A DNA stretch of 64,000 nucleotides, from positions 62,001-126,000 of the forward strand of contig NW_020843717.1 of NCBI RefSeq assembly GCF_003704095.1, read 5' to 3'. This stretch comes from Pocillopora damicornis (taxonomy: Eukaryota). A model generated the notes under the pieces. It searched no databases, was not told the DNA's origin, and was given only the letters and a program-made list of their open reading frames with translations. Both the position numbers and the translations under genes were made by a program. Shown piece after piece: positions 41,037 to 53,500 of the stretch (positions within the stretch are counted from its first letter, which is position 1; each line of letters begins with the position of its first letter).

Positions 41037-42816
41037 CTCAGCCGGACTTACTGTCCCCTGCAAACCAAGACAGGTGCTACCTGTCTAGTAGGCGTCCGCT
41101 TTCTTTCCTTCCTTACACTAATTGACCTAATGAGTATACTGTAGTAGATTTATGGTAGATAAAAAAAAAGTCACTTTTATTGCAAACGATGTTTTCTGTA
41201 TCCATGTGCTTTGTTCACAGGCGTATCAGCCCTTTAAATCCCCCTAGATACAGATTGGCGTCTCGCGCGGCTAAAACGGAACGCTGTGTCTGCTGAGAGT
41301 GTCCCAGCTCCTGGAAGTAAATTTCATGAAGTAAGGTGCTTCCCTCTAATTAACTTTATTTGCAAAGAGCTCACCTGTACTAAGAGGCCAGCCACCTGAG
41401 GTTAAAACATCTCCAGAATGCTGAGTAACTCCGAAGACATCGTCATTCACCCGTAGAACTTGGAAAGACAGTTAAGATTTCTAAAACATGACAAAAGAAG
41501 AAAAACTACAACAAATCAATAATTAAATATTCCAAGGGAACGAACTTCCCCACCCCTCCCCCCTTTTTTACTCTCGGACCGACCATTTTAGACACCAGAC
41601 GGACGCTCTCACCGCTCTGGCCTAGCCAGGGCGCCTCTCTGGGGTGTGGTGCGAGGAACCAGCTGACATTTCTGACAAGGCGAAATTTATTTAACTGCCG
41701 AAGATTCTGAAGAACAACTTTCTCTTCATTACTATTATTATTTTTTTCTTTCTGCCTTACAGCAATGTAAGAGGTCATCATCATAATCGAGAGCTTGTTC
41801 AAAGGTCACATTAAGAAGAATATATCGTCTGTTGGGGCATTGTAACGGAAACGCTCCATGAGTAGATTATTTGCGTGAGTGGATAACTGAGGAAATTGAA
41901 ATTCCCTGTAATGACTTATGATCCCCTCTTAGAAAATATTTCTTTCTGATTAGTACAATAAGTGTTTAATTTAAATATATGGCGACTCCGGATATCGCAT
42001 ACATTACAGCCCGTAGCTCGTTTGTAGCTAATTTTAAGCAAAATTGGCAGACCTCCGTTCTGCGCCATGGAATTATTAAATGCATATCTCAGCAAGTTTG
42101 CCCACTGTTGTATCTGTTACACAATGAAAGCATATTGTTTTCCGCAGCACTAACCCCTGACGTGGACATGGCATGTTCCAAAGTCTAGCAGGGGTGGCTT
42201 ACTGGCAGCACGTTCAGGTCACGTGTATTTCCTGCTGTTTTTGCTTTCCATATTTGGGAATTGGAAGTAACGTCACCAACGTTGACAGAATGTCAACAAA
42301 AACATTGAGTTTTCCCAAACGAAGATTTTTTCTTGACATCTGCAAGGTTTGCTTTCCTACCAACGGCGTCATTTTTGTTGTAACATTCGAAGCTTCGACT
42401 AATTTCTTCGCAACAAATCTGTTTTGAATTATTTCGTCCGCGAAAGAGCGCTAATTTTTCCTGCAGAAGCTCAAATATTTGACCAGAAAACCGGCTCCTT
42501 CTTCGTTTACAAAATTTGCATCACACAGATCTCTCAAGAACCATAACGAATTTTGGCGGACTAGTCGTTTTTACACTTCAACTGCATTAAAACGGTAAGT
42601 GAACTCCTTTCGTAACTAGGAAAAGAAAATCTTGTAGGTTTCTAAGTTAAAGCGTTTCTTTTGAGAGCAATCTGAGTGTCAGCTGTGTTTTCCTTGTCCT
42701 AAATAATAGGAGTTGGTTTGGCGAAGTAAACTTGCATTTTCCGCCTTTTTCGCTTAGGAAAAGGTGACTTATCATTGCAAATTGGCCTTATTGCTGATCA
42801 AAGAAATTAACTCAGG

Positions 42817-43701
42817 ATGTGGACCGCGATTTCAAGTTATATTTGGGGCGAAACAGACGAGCAACTTGTCCCGGGATCGGTCGACGACACCCAAAGCGTC
42901 GATGACGATTGGATTTTAGTGGACGTTCAAAAAGGCAAAAAATGTGGTGAGTGGAAACTTCTATGCCTAAATTATGTCTTTGAAATGTTATTTAAAGCGA
43001 AAATGGGCGAAAGATGCATCCATTTCTTCAGCAGATCTTGTATTTCAAAGAATACATTTTCACGCATTTCACTTTGCCGGTTATTGTTTTGAAGTCAAGA
43101 TGTGTTCGTCACGACAATACTAAATTGGGTTGCGCCACTATGGTGACATCATATTTCCTTCTCCGTTATCTCTAAATTGGCATTACCCCAGAATCATCAT
43201 CTCTCACTTTTATTCTCCACAGACGAGAAAGAAAACGATGATCCTAAGTTAAAAGCCCAAATCCAACTGGAGGAAAGTTGGTACGTTACTCCACCGCCTT
43301 GTTTTGAGGCGAGCGGGCTTTCCCCCGAAGTTTTGGAAGCAAGCCCGATGGAGGATCTTCTTATCGAACATCCCAGTATGTCTGTGTATGGTCCAGGTAT
43401 AAGACGGCATTCTCCTTCACTTTCCTCAACATCCCGGAATTCTAGCACAGCTAGAAACGGAGAAGAGGTCGTGGAAAGGAGGGAACCGCGTCGTACTGTC
43501 CAATTTCAAGCGCAGCTCGAGTTAATTGAAAAGAGGCGACAAACCGAACCTCCGCTCCAAGGCAGCATTCGCGCCAACAGAAAGAACTTAAAAAAGCAAA
43601 ATATGGTTCATTTTCAGAATAATTCTAGAAGCAAACGAAATAAAAAACGAAATAGGATGCTAGGAAAACACGTTGGACTACACGGCAAAAGGGGCTGTTG
43701 A
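42817..43701 (+). CDS. TP53INP2: TP53INP/DOR family autophagy protein; coding exons 42817-42946 and 43223-43701 (probable non-coding exon ending 42594)
   Basis: LIR motif DDDWILV; DOR boxes LEESWYVTPPPCF and SPMEDLLIEHPSMSVY; basic C-terminus. The symbol denotes the family (co-ortholog of TP53INP1/2). Confidence 0.88.
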
Positions 43702-44762
43702 CCTTCGCTAGAATTTTAATATTCAAGAGCGACGCTTGTGGATTAGCGTGAGGGTCTAAAGTCCGTCGATTGTAAATATTTAAAACATTCCTATTTATAT
43801 TCTTTCGGAGGGTATAGTTTGCTTCCCAGAGTAGGTTCATTATTTCCCTTGTGTATTGTATTCCTCGCTATGAGGAAGATATTAATATAATTTGATCCTG
43901 GAAACATAAACTGGGCTCAAATTTGTTAAATAGCTCGCGGAGATCGCACTTCCAGCTATGTAATTTATGTATCATTCTTAGGTAGTACGGATCGACGAGA
44001 GTATGGTTGGCATTATTTTATTTTTCTTATGACGAAAACGAAAAAAAAATCGATATAATTTTGAAAATTTGAAACAAGAAATACAATTTCACTAAATTTC
44101 ATACATTATATGGTCTGATATTACCGTCTTGAGTATAACCTTGAGATTGAAATAAACCAAATTTGAACTAAAGTTCACGTTGCTGACTTACGTAAATGAT
44201 TACGTAATGTGATTACTGAGTGAGTGTAGCAGGTTAGCTAATGAACTCTCATCTCGCATGCAATTCTGGTAGCTAGGTTAAGCGTAGTGTCAAGTGGAAT
44301 GCTGAACTTAGCCCGTAATTAATGATTCGATAGGGGGTTTTCTAGATGGAAGACAAATTATGCAAAACAAACAAACCAATGCGGTGCCAATGTTACATTA
44401 ATGCTAGAATAATGAAATTAAGCGTCATAGTGCTGTTGTTGAAAAATCATACAAACATCGGAATGAGTGTGCTTTGCATTTTCCTTCCTCTAGTTAACTG
44501 AAGGCCTTTTCCTACATCTACAACATCTTAATTTTCCAATGCCTCAAGAAGAACAATAATAATTTTATCACCAACACAACTTTACCAGGGATGATTAAAA
44601 ATTGTCTTGCAGATGCAGATTGAGTAAATTTCCATAATAAAAAAAAATAAAAAATTTCCACGAACAGGTGTTATCACTCGAATTCACTGTACAGAGTTGT
44701 GGGATTTTCTACTACACCAAAACTGGTAGATTGCAAACTTAGCTCCCACACAATCACTTCAC

Positions 44763-44973
44763 TTAACCCTTAAATTCCCAGATCAAATTTGTCATTCTCC
44801 TCACTGTCAACCATACAATTCTTATACTGTTAGTTCAGAGAATTAAGAACTGGCTCAACTACTTTTCCCCAAATTGATATTTTACTTTATTCTCATCACT
44901 TATCTAGTTGATATTGTACTGATGTTGTGAGGAGAGATTTTGTTTTAGTCACTCATGGGATTTAAAGGTTTAA
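44763..44973. mobile_element. TTAA MITE subfamily B copy (opposite orientation to 25865)
   Basis: TTAACCCTTAAATTCCCA...TGGGATTTAAAGGTTTAA; the internal sequence is the reverse complement of the 25865 copy. Confidence 0.7.
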
Positions 44974-46704
44974 ACTAAAAATAAACTTGATGATGAACAT
45001 TTGCAAGGTTAAGTTCGTCTAAACTTAATAATGTGTAGTTGTATCAATCTTTACAGTTCAAAGTTGTCAAAAATATTTTGGGTAATTGGTTTGTAATACA
45101 AAGTACATCACCTGATACACTGCATCTCTGCTGAAACTTGAGCTACAAATATTTGCAACAGCTGGCACATTTTTTAGGGTAGATGGAAAAATGCATGTTT
45201 GCTGGTTTATTTTGACAACACTGACAGCTGGATAGAATTAAATTGTACAGATATTAATGTGCTAAAATCTACAGAGAAGTATAAATAAGGAATAAAGTAT
45301 GACAACCTGCAAATTTCACATGGAACTGCCACCACAAAGGTAAACAATGTAGCCCTGACAACAACTGATTAAATACAAAAGAAATCAAACCATTCCTTAC
45401 TGATAACTAAATACTTGAAAATTTCTATTTACAGAAGGAATAAACTTCTGCAACTCACAAGCATTAAGTATTGTCTATTCTGATGATTTATTGTCTCTCC
45501 CCTGGGGTAAGAAAGTAAAGTTGTTTACTAATTTAAATGGACCAGTTTGCCCATCATGTTTAGAAGGTATAGATAGTTAGTGACCAAAAACTCTCAATGA
45601 AATTAGTAATGAAGCTCTAGAAAAGAATTAAAATTACCCAAGAGGCAGCCATTGGATATCTATGGTTTACATTTTTTTTTGCTCCAAAGGTGAGGCAATT
45701 TTTCACTTTTTACATTCAACATCTCAAGTTTCTTGGCATCAAAATATTCCACTGTGGTTTTTCAGTTTTGAACATTTAGCTCACATTATATCATTTTTCA
45801 GTTTCTATAAATGGAAAAAGTATTTATCTGGTTTTTGTGGCTCACTTGTCTAGTGCCTAGGCATTACTTCATTTAAGTTTAGACTATTACTGTTTTCTTT
45901 CTTTCTTTCTTTCTTTTTCAAGCTTGAGCATTTTTTTTTGGTGTTAATACAAATCTTGACCTCTGTGTAAGGATTGTTACCACAATTACGACTTAAGGAA
46001 GACTGGTAATTCCAGAGGCACCTTACTGATGATACCTTTTCAAAGTTGTGAGCCTTAAACATTCTAGTTCCAGAAAGTGTAAGGCAAGAAAACATGACAA
46101 TAATTGAAAACAAAAAATTGTCTTAGTTTGATAAAACAGGTTTCTTAGAATCTGAGATGGCAACAAACTATCGCAGACAACCATTTTAGTTTCTCTTTAC
46201 ACACTGAGGAGATAGTTATACCATTATAATCCTTGAATTAGTAGCTCTTTATATCACATGTAAATAAATAAATAAATAACACCCACCAAAAGTTACAATT
46301 TTGATTAATATATATTAATAATTTGTTATTGCTAAACTTATGAAAATGAGAAAATCAAAAAACAAATTGTTAACTAAATTTCTGTAATGGAGGAATTTTG
46401 AATTACAATTTAGGACTTTTGTTTCATGCTCATGTATTTTTAAATTTATATTTATAGCTTTTTTTTTCCAATGATCCTCTATATGTCTAAGATTTCTAAA
46501 GATTAATACAAAACTTGGAAAAAATTGTCAAAACTCTTACTAAATATCTTTGTAAGGTCTGCACTGGTTGTTAATAAGTACCAGTAAAAATTCCTTGTAC
46601 AAGACATTTAAAGAATATAGCAGACAATTGGAGATTTTAAAAGATCTTAGAAACATTGTCATAAGCTGCTAAAATATTTTAAGGAATATTATTTCAATTT
46701 ATCA

Positions 46705-49700
46705 TCATTTTCTCATTCTCTCAATTTTAGCCATGAAGGCATGAACCTTTTTAAAACTCACTGGATTTGTCCAATGGCCATCCTCCTTGAAGTATGAACC
46801 AATGATCATTGCATTTGCACCAAGATATTGTTCTATGTTATTATCATCCACCCCAGAACCAATTAAAACAGGAATGTTCACTGATTCTTTGGCATACTGC
46901 ATTTCTTTTAAGCTTGTGGCTTCACCTGTTGCTTTTCCTGTCAGTATCACTCCATCTGAGAGAAAAAACTCTGCTGCTTGAGCCACTTCCAGAATATCCA
47001 CATCAGATGTTATAAAGTGGGAACTGAAATAAATAAATTTCTTAGCTTAATTAGAAATTTTGGTCATGAAACATGTTTTAGTAATTTACTCCTTTAACTC
47101 CTAGGAATGACAAGCTTCTAATTTCTCCTTCAATCAAATAAAAATAGAGGTCAGAAGAAGAAGCTCCTGATTGTTAATCAAATTCTCCCTTTTGCAACCA
47201 CAAGGAATGTAGAGAAAACAGTGTGGAGAATATGAATGATAACAATAGGTTGTAAAGGGTTAAATGACCCAAATAAAAAATTACTTGCTCTATTGAGGCT
47301 CCAAGCATGACATACTTAGCTGAGTGCAAGTAAGTCATAGTTTGTGGTTACTAAATAGCTATAACATTAAAATGATGTTTTGGTTAGTAATTTTATTACT
47401 ATAATTTATAAGTACTGTATAAATGAAAAGAAAAAAAGAAAAAAGCTCATTTTGGAATCCTAAGAATACAGTGCTATCACAATAAATTAGTTAGACAAGT
47501 AATAAAAAATACATTTATGAAATTACCTGTGCTTTTTCTTGATATCAGTGAAAACTAAAATCTTATCTGCCCCAATTTGTTTCCTGTACCTAAGCAGTTC
47601 ACCAGCATCAGAATTCATTGTGCCTTCATCTGCAATGTGTGAAAAAACAAATCCTTCTGCGCGAATAAATTGCAGGTCCGCTGCTTTTGCTACAGCCAGT
47701 GCCTCCTTGTTTGCCCCAGCCAATATCTGAATACCACACGGTAAATTATTCACCACTCTTCGGACTTCACTGCAAACCACACTCATGGCTGCAACAATTT
47801 CTGGTCCAACATGTCGATTTAGATATGGAATATCATGCATGTTCTCCATCAAAATAGCATCCTGAAGAAAAATAATTTAAAGACAAGGGTCAAAACAGCA
47901 ATTCTTGACCCCTACATTATCATTCAGTTTTTTATGTTAACAATGCATGTACTCATCCTCAGTTAAGTATAATACAGACAAATAAAAGTTAATTTGTTTG
48001 ACTCAGGAATGAAGTGTCATCATTAATTATATGTAGTAAAACTTTTAAATGAGGATCACAATGCTTCAACCCTATACTACTGGTCCTTGTCAGCAATAAT
48101 GTGTGAATGTCTATGTACTACTATTTTTCTGTATAGAATGATGATCAGCTATTAGAGGTGCATATGTTTGAAGTTCTTTTCAAGTTACTTCAAGTATCTT
48201 TTGTAGTCATTCATAATAGAGTTACTTGCCATTGTATGCTTTTGGTGGTGATTGCATATCCTTTTAACATTTATCTATCAGTTATCTACATGGTGGTATC
48301 CTTTATTTTCAGGGGTCAAAAATTAGTCCGCCAAACCCAGATTGGTCCCCTTTCGAGGGCTCAACCCAAGAGTTCCAACAAGTGTTCTGATTTCTTTTGT
48401 ATCGAGGTTCTTCCTACGTGAAATGGAACTCACACTGATGAAAATAAAAATGTTTCTCATGGATGATCATCAACCCCTTAACCCCTAAGAGTGACTAACA
48501 TCTAATTTCTCCTTACAAATAATGGCCCCAAATCACAAATTAAGATCACGAGAATAAAGGAAATGATCACCAACTAAAGAAGCTCTTGATTATTAAACAA
48601 ATTCTCCTTGTCAGCACCTTAGGAAATGTATAGAGAACAGTATGGAGAATGTGTATACTAATTTTTGGGCGTAAAGGGTTAATAAAGCCATCACTGGAGA
48701 TATTCATGATCAATTTTTCCACAAACAATACATTGCGAGATTATTTCATATATGTCAAGTGTATGAAGCCTGATATCACCTAAAGACTAAACTGTTCATG
48801 TTTAACACAAAACACATAGAAAATTTAAATTGAAAGAATCGATGCTGCAGCTTTAGTTTTGCTTCTGAAGTTTTGTGTAAACTGATTTGAAATTTAATGT
48901 ATAAGTGATCAGATACTCTTACCACTCCAGCATTTTTATAGTTTGTTGCATCAGTGCGTGCCATATTTACTATTTCAGTCATAGATAGGTGATTCCTGGG
49001 TGTTCCTTAGCAGAAGAAGAAGATTCAAATACGTCAGGCGTTATTAACAAAATCAGCTACATTGTACTTTTGAAAAATAGGAAAGATTAAAGACATGTTT
49101 TGATCTGAAACAGGTTGGGGTTTGAATAACCAGGGGGTATATCCTTGTCTGACTCCCTTGGGGGTAGCCCCCTACTTTTCGAGTAGACTCGCTATATCTT
49201 GTTAGTTAGTGCTATCCATATGCTTTATTGAACCCCAGTAAGTCACAAAAGATTCTGGCGCTGAGGTAGATTGATCTTTACCCCGAAATAATTTAAAAAA
49301 AAACTAGCTGGTTTAGCCATGCAACTGAAACTGATTTTCCTTTGGCGAAATATCGACAAAATTAAAAGACTTCGGTAGTTAATTAACAATTGTTTAAGGC
49401 TTCCGGCTTACCGTTATATCAATATAGAGGTTAGATGCAGAAAAAATAGCAGCATATCTTTTTAGCGATTAATTTATAAAAAATTTAAATTCATATTTTC
49501 AACTCGATATAAACTTCTCATTTTATGCGCGACGTGATGGAGAATTAATTACTTAGAAAGAAAGCTGCAAAGCTAAGGAAGGCAGCTGTGTAGCTAGGCG
49601 AAAGTCAAGCGCAGGTTCTAATCGATAACAAACCTTATTTTCAGTTGATCAAAAAGTTACAGAGGAATGTTTGATTCAAGTTGATTACCTGGGAGTGCTT

Positions 49701-49779
49701 GCACGTGAATCATTCCGATGACTACTGCCGACTTGCGACCAAATACACGGGAGAATTTCGAGAGAGCGTTTGCAGCCAT
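46705..49779 (-). CDS. BtpA/SgcQ-family TIM-barrel protein (F13E9.13-like, probably mitochondrial); exons 49779-49689, 49005-48923, 47861-47527, 47023-46705
   Basis: Family motifs VIGMIHVQALPGTP, GVDAILMENMHDIPY, FIRAEGFVFSHIADEG, FTDIKKKHS, DGVILTGKATG, PVLIGSGV and IIGSYFKEDGHW. The N-terminus is basic/Ser-rich and free of acidic residues. Confidence 0.9.
47086..47263. mobile_element. TTAA MITE subfamily A copy
   Basis: Ends ...GGAGAATATG...GTAAAGGGTTAA; shares the internal sequence of the subfamily. Confidence 0.6.
48470..48682. mobile_element. TTAA MITE subfamily A copy
   Basis: AACCCCTTAACCCCTAAGAGTGACT...GGGCGTAAAGGGTTAA; reverse complement of the 25078 copy. Confidence 0.75.
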
Positions 49780-49987
49780 ATTTTTCTATTTTCGACCAAT
49801 TTGACTCAGCCTCGCTTTCCTTCTGAAGAACGGAAGTGTGAAGGGCAGTGAGGCTTCCGGTTGGGGGCAGGTGTAAAATATTCAAGTCAAAAACAATTCA
49901 AGGTACAAAATTAATTTTTTTCTTCTTCGCTTCCTTTATTGATAATCATAAAAATAGGCAACAGGAAAAAGATATGATAGTGTGAAA

Positions 49988-50249
49988 GTTAACGCTAAAA
50001 CGCGGAAACACGAGGCAATTAGCTGGTTTACACCGGTAGTTCATGATAAACTTGTTATTTCATACACGCTCCAAAATTCAACTTAATTTTTGTTTGCTAT
50101 TGATCCTTAGCTCATAGTTTGGAAACCGCTTGACAGATTAAAGCTTAATAAAGATCTGCAGGTGATATATTTGCTATTGATATCGTTAATGCTAAAACGC
50201 GGGAAAACGAGGCAAATGAGGAGTATTACAGCGGTAGTTCACGATAAAC
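49988..50249. repeat. Two ~64-bp imperfect direct repeats (49988-50051, 50185-50249) bracketing an OPLAH exon copy
   Basis: GTTAA(C/T)GCTAAAACGCGG...ACGAGGCAA...CGGTAGTTCA(T/C)GATAAAC occurs twice. Confidence 0.85.
50073..50180 (+). pseudogene. Orphan duplicate of OPLAH exon 4 with flanking intron sequence
   Basis: Matches ~52295-52407. The pseudo-exon at 50111-50161 encodes [17 protein letters not shown] versus the genuine [17 protein letters not shown] (52338-52388); AG and GT are retained. Confidence 0.85.
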
Positions 50250-50528
50250 ATACTATTTCTCTAACCTCAACCCGAACGACCCTGACCCTAAGCTGAATCC
50301 AATGCATTCCGCCAGAAAGACTTGATACTTCCAGCCCCAGCCAGGCGAGGTTCAAATTCCCCATCCGCACACGGGGTATGATGCAGCCTCGAATCCGGCG
50401 CATAACTATTACAAATTTTCATCGTCTTACTGTCAGTCCACTTTTTTCAGTATACTTTAAAGAGAGAATAGAAGAGGAAGGTCATTGCAATTCCCCAGCA
50501 ATCCCCATAATTTTGCTTGATTCGCGAT

Positions 50529-53500
50529 ATGGCTGGCGGCAACTTCAGATTTGCGATCGATCGAGGTGGAACTTTTACAGACGTTTATTCCGAATGTCCT
50601 AACGGAGAAGTACGAGTGATGAAACTGCTGTCGGTGGATCCTGCATATCCTGATGCACCAAGAGAAGGAATTAGACGAATATTACAAGAGGTATTACGTA
50701 TGTAACACTTCTCGGAAGCGTCAATTGTTTTTAATGGACTTCAGGTGATCTCTTATTGAGCCCCTTGTTAGTGTGGAATTTGGCCGTTCCATGTCTAGGT
50801 GACCATTCCAATTTGTGCCCACCACGCCTATGGGTTATCTTCGAGGGGTTAGGAGGAAACAAATATGCATTTCTAAGGGAACAGTTGAAAAAGCGTCTTC
50901 CTGTAGAGAGAGAAAAAAAATAATCGTCAAATTCAGACTTACTGATTTCACAACTGAATGTTTTGAAAACTGAGTTAGAAAGAACTTTTTGTTGAGACAG
51001 GGTTTAAGGTTAACGAGTAAATTTCAAAGTTATGGAATTGCTGTAAATTGTACGAGCATATACCCATTACCTCTTGACAGGTAACAGGAGTAAAGATGCC
51101 TGCAGATCAGCCTATTGATCCAAAGTACATTGAGTGGATAAGGATGGGGACCACAGTGGCTACAAATGCTCTGTTAGAACGAAAGGGAGAAAGAATGGCT
51201 CTGGTTATTACTGAAGGATTCCATGATTTGTTGCATATTGGCAATCAGACAAGACCATGCTTGTTTGATTTAGTAAGACTCATTTATTTATTTATTTATT
51301 TATTTATTTATTACACTTCTGTATAGTCCAATAACACAGCCACATCAGACTTCGGTGACTTTGATGTTGTTCTTAATTCTTCATAACACGACAATTCTCT
51401 GCCAGGAGTTCCCTCTCTTTAGCCTTCATGGGAATTTATTATGCTGCATTCATTTGGCTGCTGTGCATGATGGAAACATTAGAATCTTAAGAAACTGCTA
51501 AGCAGCATTGATAGAAAAGGGAAACCTGATTGTTGATTATCAACTACAGTTAGTCAGTAAGTGTGAATTTGAAAGAAAGCTGAAATTTGGAGTGTTGTAT
51601 TAGGAAAAGGGCTAATTCTGAAGACATCAACTTCCTTTGATTTGCTGTCACTGCAGTTAATAATCCTTTGTCTAATTGTTTTGGTCAATAATTAATGAAG
51701 TACTACAATTAACATATTGTATCTAGTTCTTTTTTTTAATCATTCTTTCCTGGTAATATAAGGTTTTATCAATAATTAAAAGTAGTTTTCCACTTTTCCC
51801 AATGATCTAGCAGATCTATGAAGATCCAAAGTTCTATTACACCACTTGTTGTTTTGTATTATAAACAGAAAGCAACTTGTCCAGAGGTCTTGTATGATGA
51901 TGTGATTGAAGCCAGAGAGAGAGTTGTTCTAGTGCAAGAGAAAAGTGAATTAGAACTGCAAGATGACAGCTTCATGGTTACTGGAGTTACTGGAGAAAAG
52001 GTGAAGAGGAGGAAGTTTGGGCTAAAGCTAAAATTGATAATAAATTGTTAATGATAATCAGGGTTTTAAGTTACTTAAATTTGCTGTGGGGAGGAAATGT
52101 TTATTTTTACCTGAGGACCAGTGGGCTCACATAATTGACATGTTGGAGTTAAGGCAGAGAGAGAGAGAGAGAAAGTGTGCATGTGTGTGATTTTGATTTA
52201 GGGCTGAGATGAATTTTTGCTTGTTTGTGACTAATTAAGAGACCTAGCTCTGAGTCAATAACAAAAAGTTTCTTTGTGAAATATTACAGTTAACAAAATT
52301 CAACTTGTTTTAATTTTTGTTTGCTATTGATCCTTAGCTCATAGTTTGGAAACCACTTGACAGATTGAAGCTCAAACAGGATTTGCAGGTGATATATTTA
52401 CTATTGAGATTGCTTAACTATAAGTCCTGTGTAGTAATTCTTAGCTGCAGCATGAGCTATCCCTTCGCAAAATGGGATGGGGGGGGGGGGGGCAAAATCT
52501 GTGGGAGCATATCTTTGGATCAAAATAGGTTTTTGGAACTAAATGCTAAAGAATTTTGGGAACTAGATTTAGACCATAGAAATTTAAAGTTTTGCGCATA
52601 GAAACTGAATGATTGGTAGCCTTCCTTTTTATTCAGATCTGTTCTTTGTTTTTTTCCCCTAAATTTCATTATGTTAACTAAGATTTCCTGAAAATTCTGG
52701 AGGGAAGGGTTGGAATAAGCTGCTCCTTCTCCATAACTAGTATTACTAATAGCATTCTTTTTTTTTAACAAAAGAGGATTCTGGATAAAGGGATCAAGAG
52801 TCTGGCAGTAGCACTTTTACACTCATACATGTATGGTAATTTTTGTCTTTATTTGGCCTACCTTGTTTTCCTCCTTTCTATGTTCAATGATAATTAGTCA
52901 CAAACAAGCAAAAAGTCATCTCAGCCCTAAATCAAAATCACACACATTGGCACATTGGTTATTTCACGTTGACGTAAATTTTGCAACCTAAGGTTTATAG
53001 ATAAACAATATATTTCTGAACAACCATAATTCTGGTGTGACTTTACATGGAAATTGATGTACAGGTGTCCATATTTTCATTTTTCATTACTATAGAATTA
53101 TATTTTCAATTGGATCCCTTCTGACAGTGACTGCAGATACAAAACACATGCCCCTCATAGTAAAAAATTCTAGCTGTAGTTCTCAAAGTCTCATATTTAT
53201 AATTCCCTTTCCTTTATATTTGGCCAAGATGAATTAATGAATGGATTCACATTTTACCTTAGGAATACATGTGAAATGTTTGTACTGGCATTCAGGGGAA
53301 CTTATCCATTGCATTTCTCATCATAACATTTAGCAGCTACTTATGATAAATATACATGCATAGAGTAAGAGTTTCTGTAACATCTTTGTGGACTTTTGGA
53401 TTATTATACCTCAAGATATGACAGCCATGAGAGGGAAATTGGTGAAGTAGCCCTTGAAATGGGTTTTGATCAAGTATCATTGTCATCTGCTGTTATGCCA

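Noticed and set aside
42164-42178. p53 response element upstream of the TP53INP-like gene (GGACATGGCATGTTC)
   Set aside because: Only overlapping, mismatched half-sites; no proper tandem RRRCWWGYYY pair.
49988-50249. CRISPR-like repeat-spacer-repeat with a self-derived spacer
   Set aside because: Only two long, imperfect repeats in a eukaryotic locus with no cas genes; a local duplication explains it.
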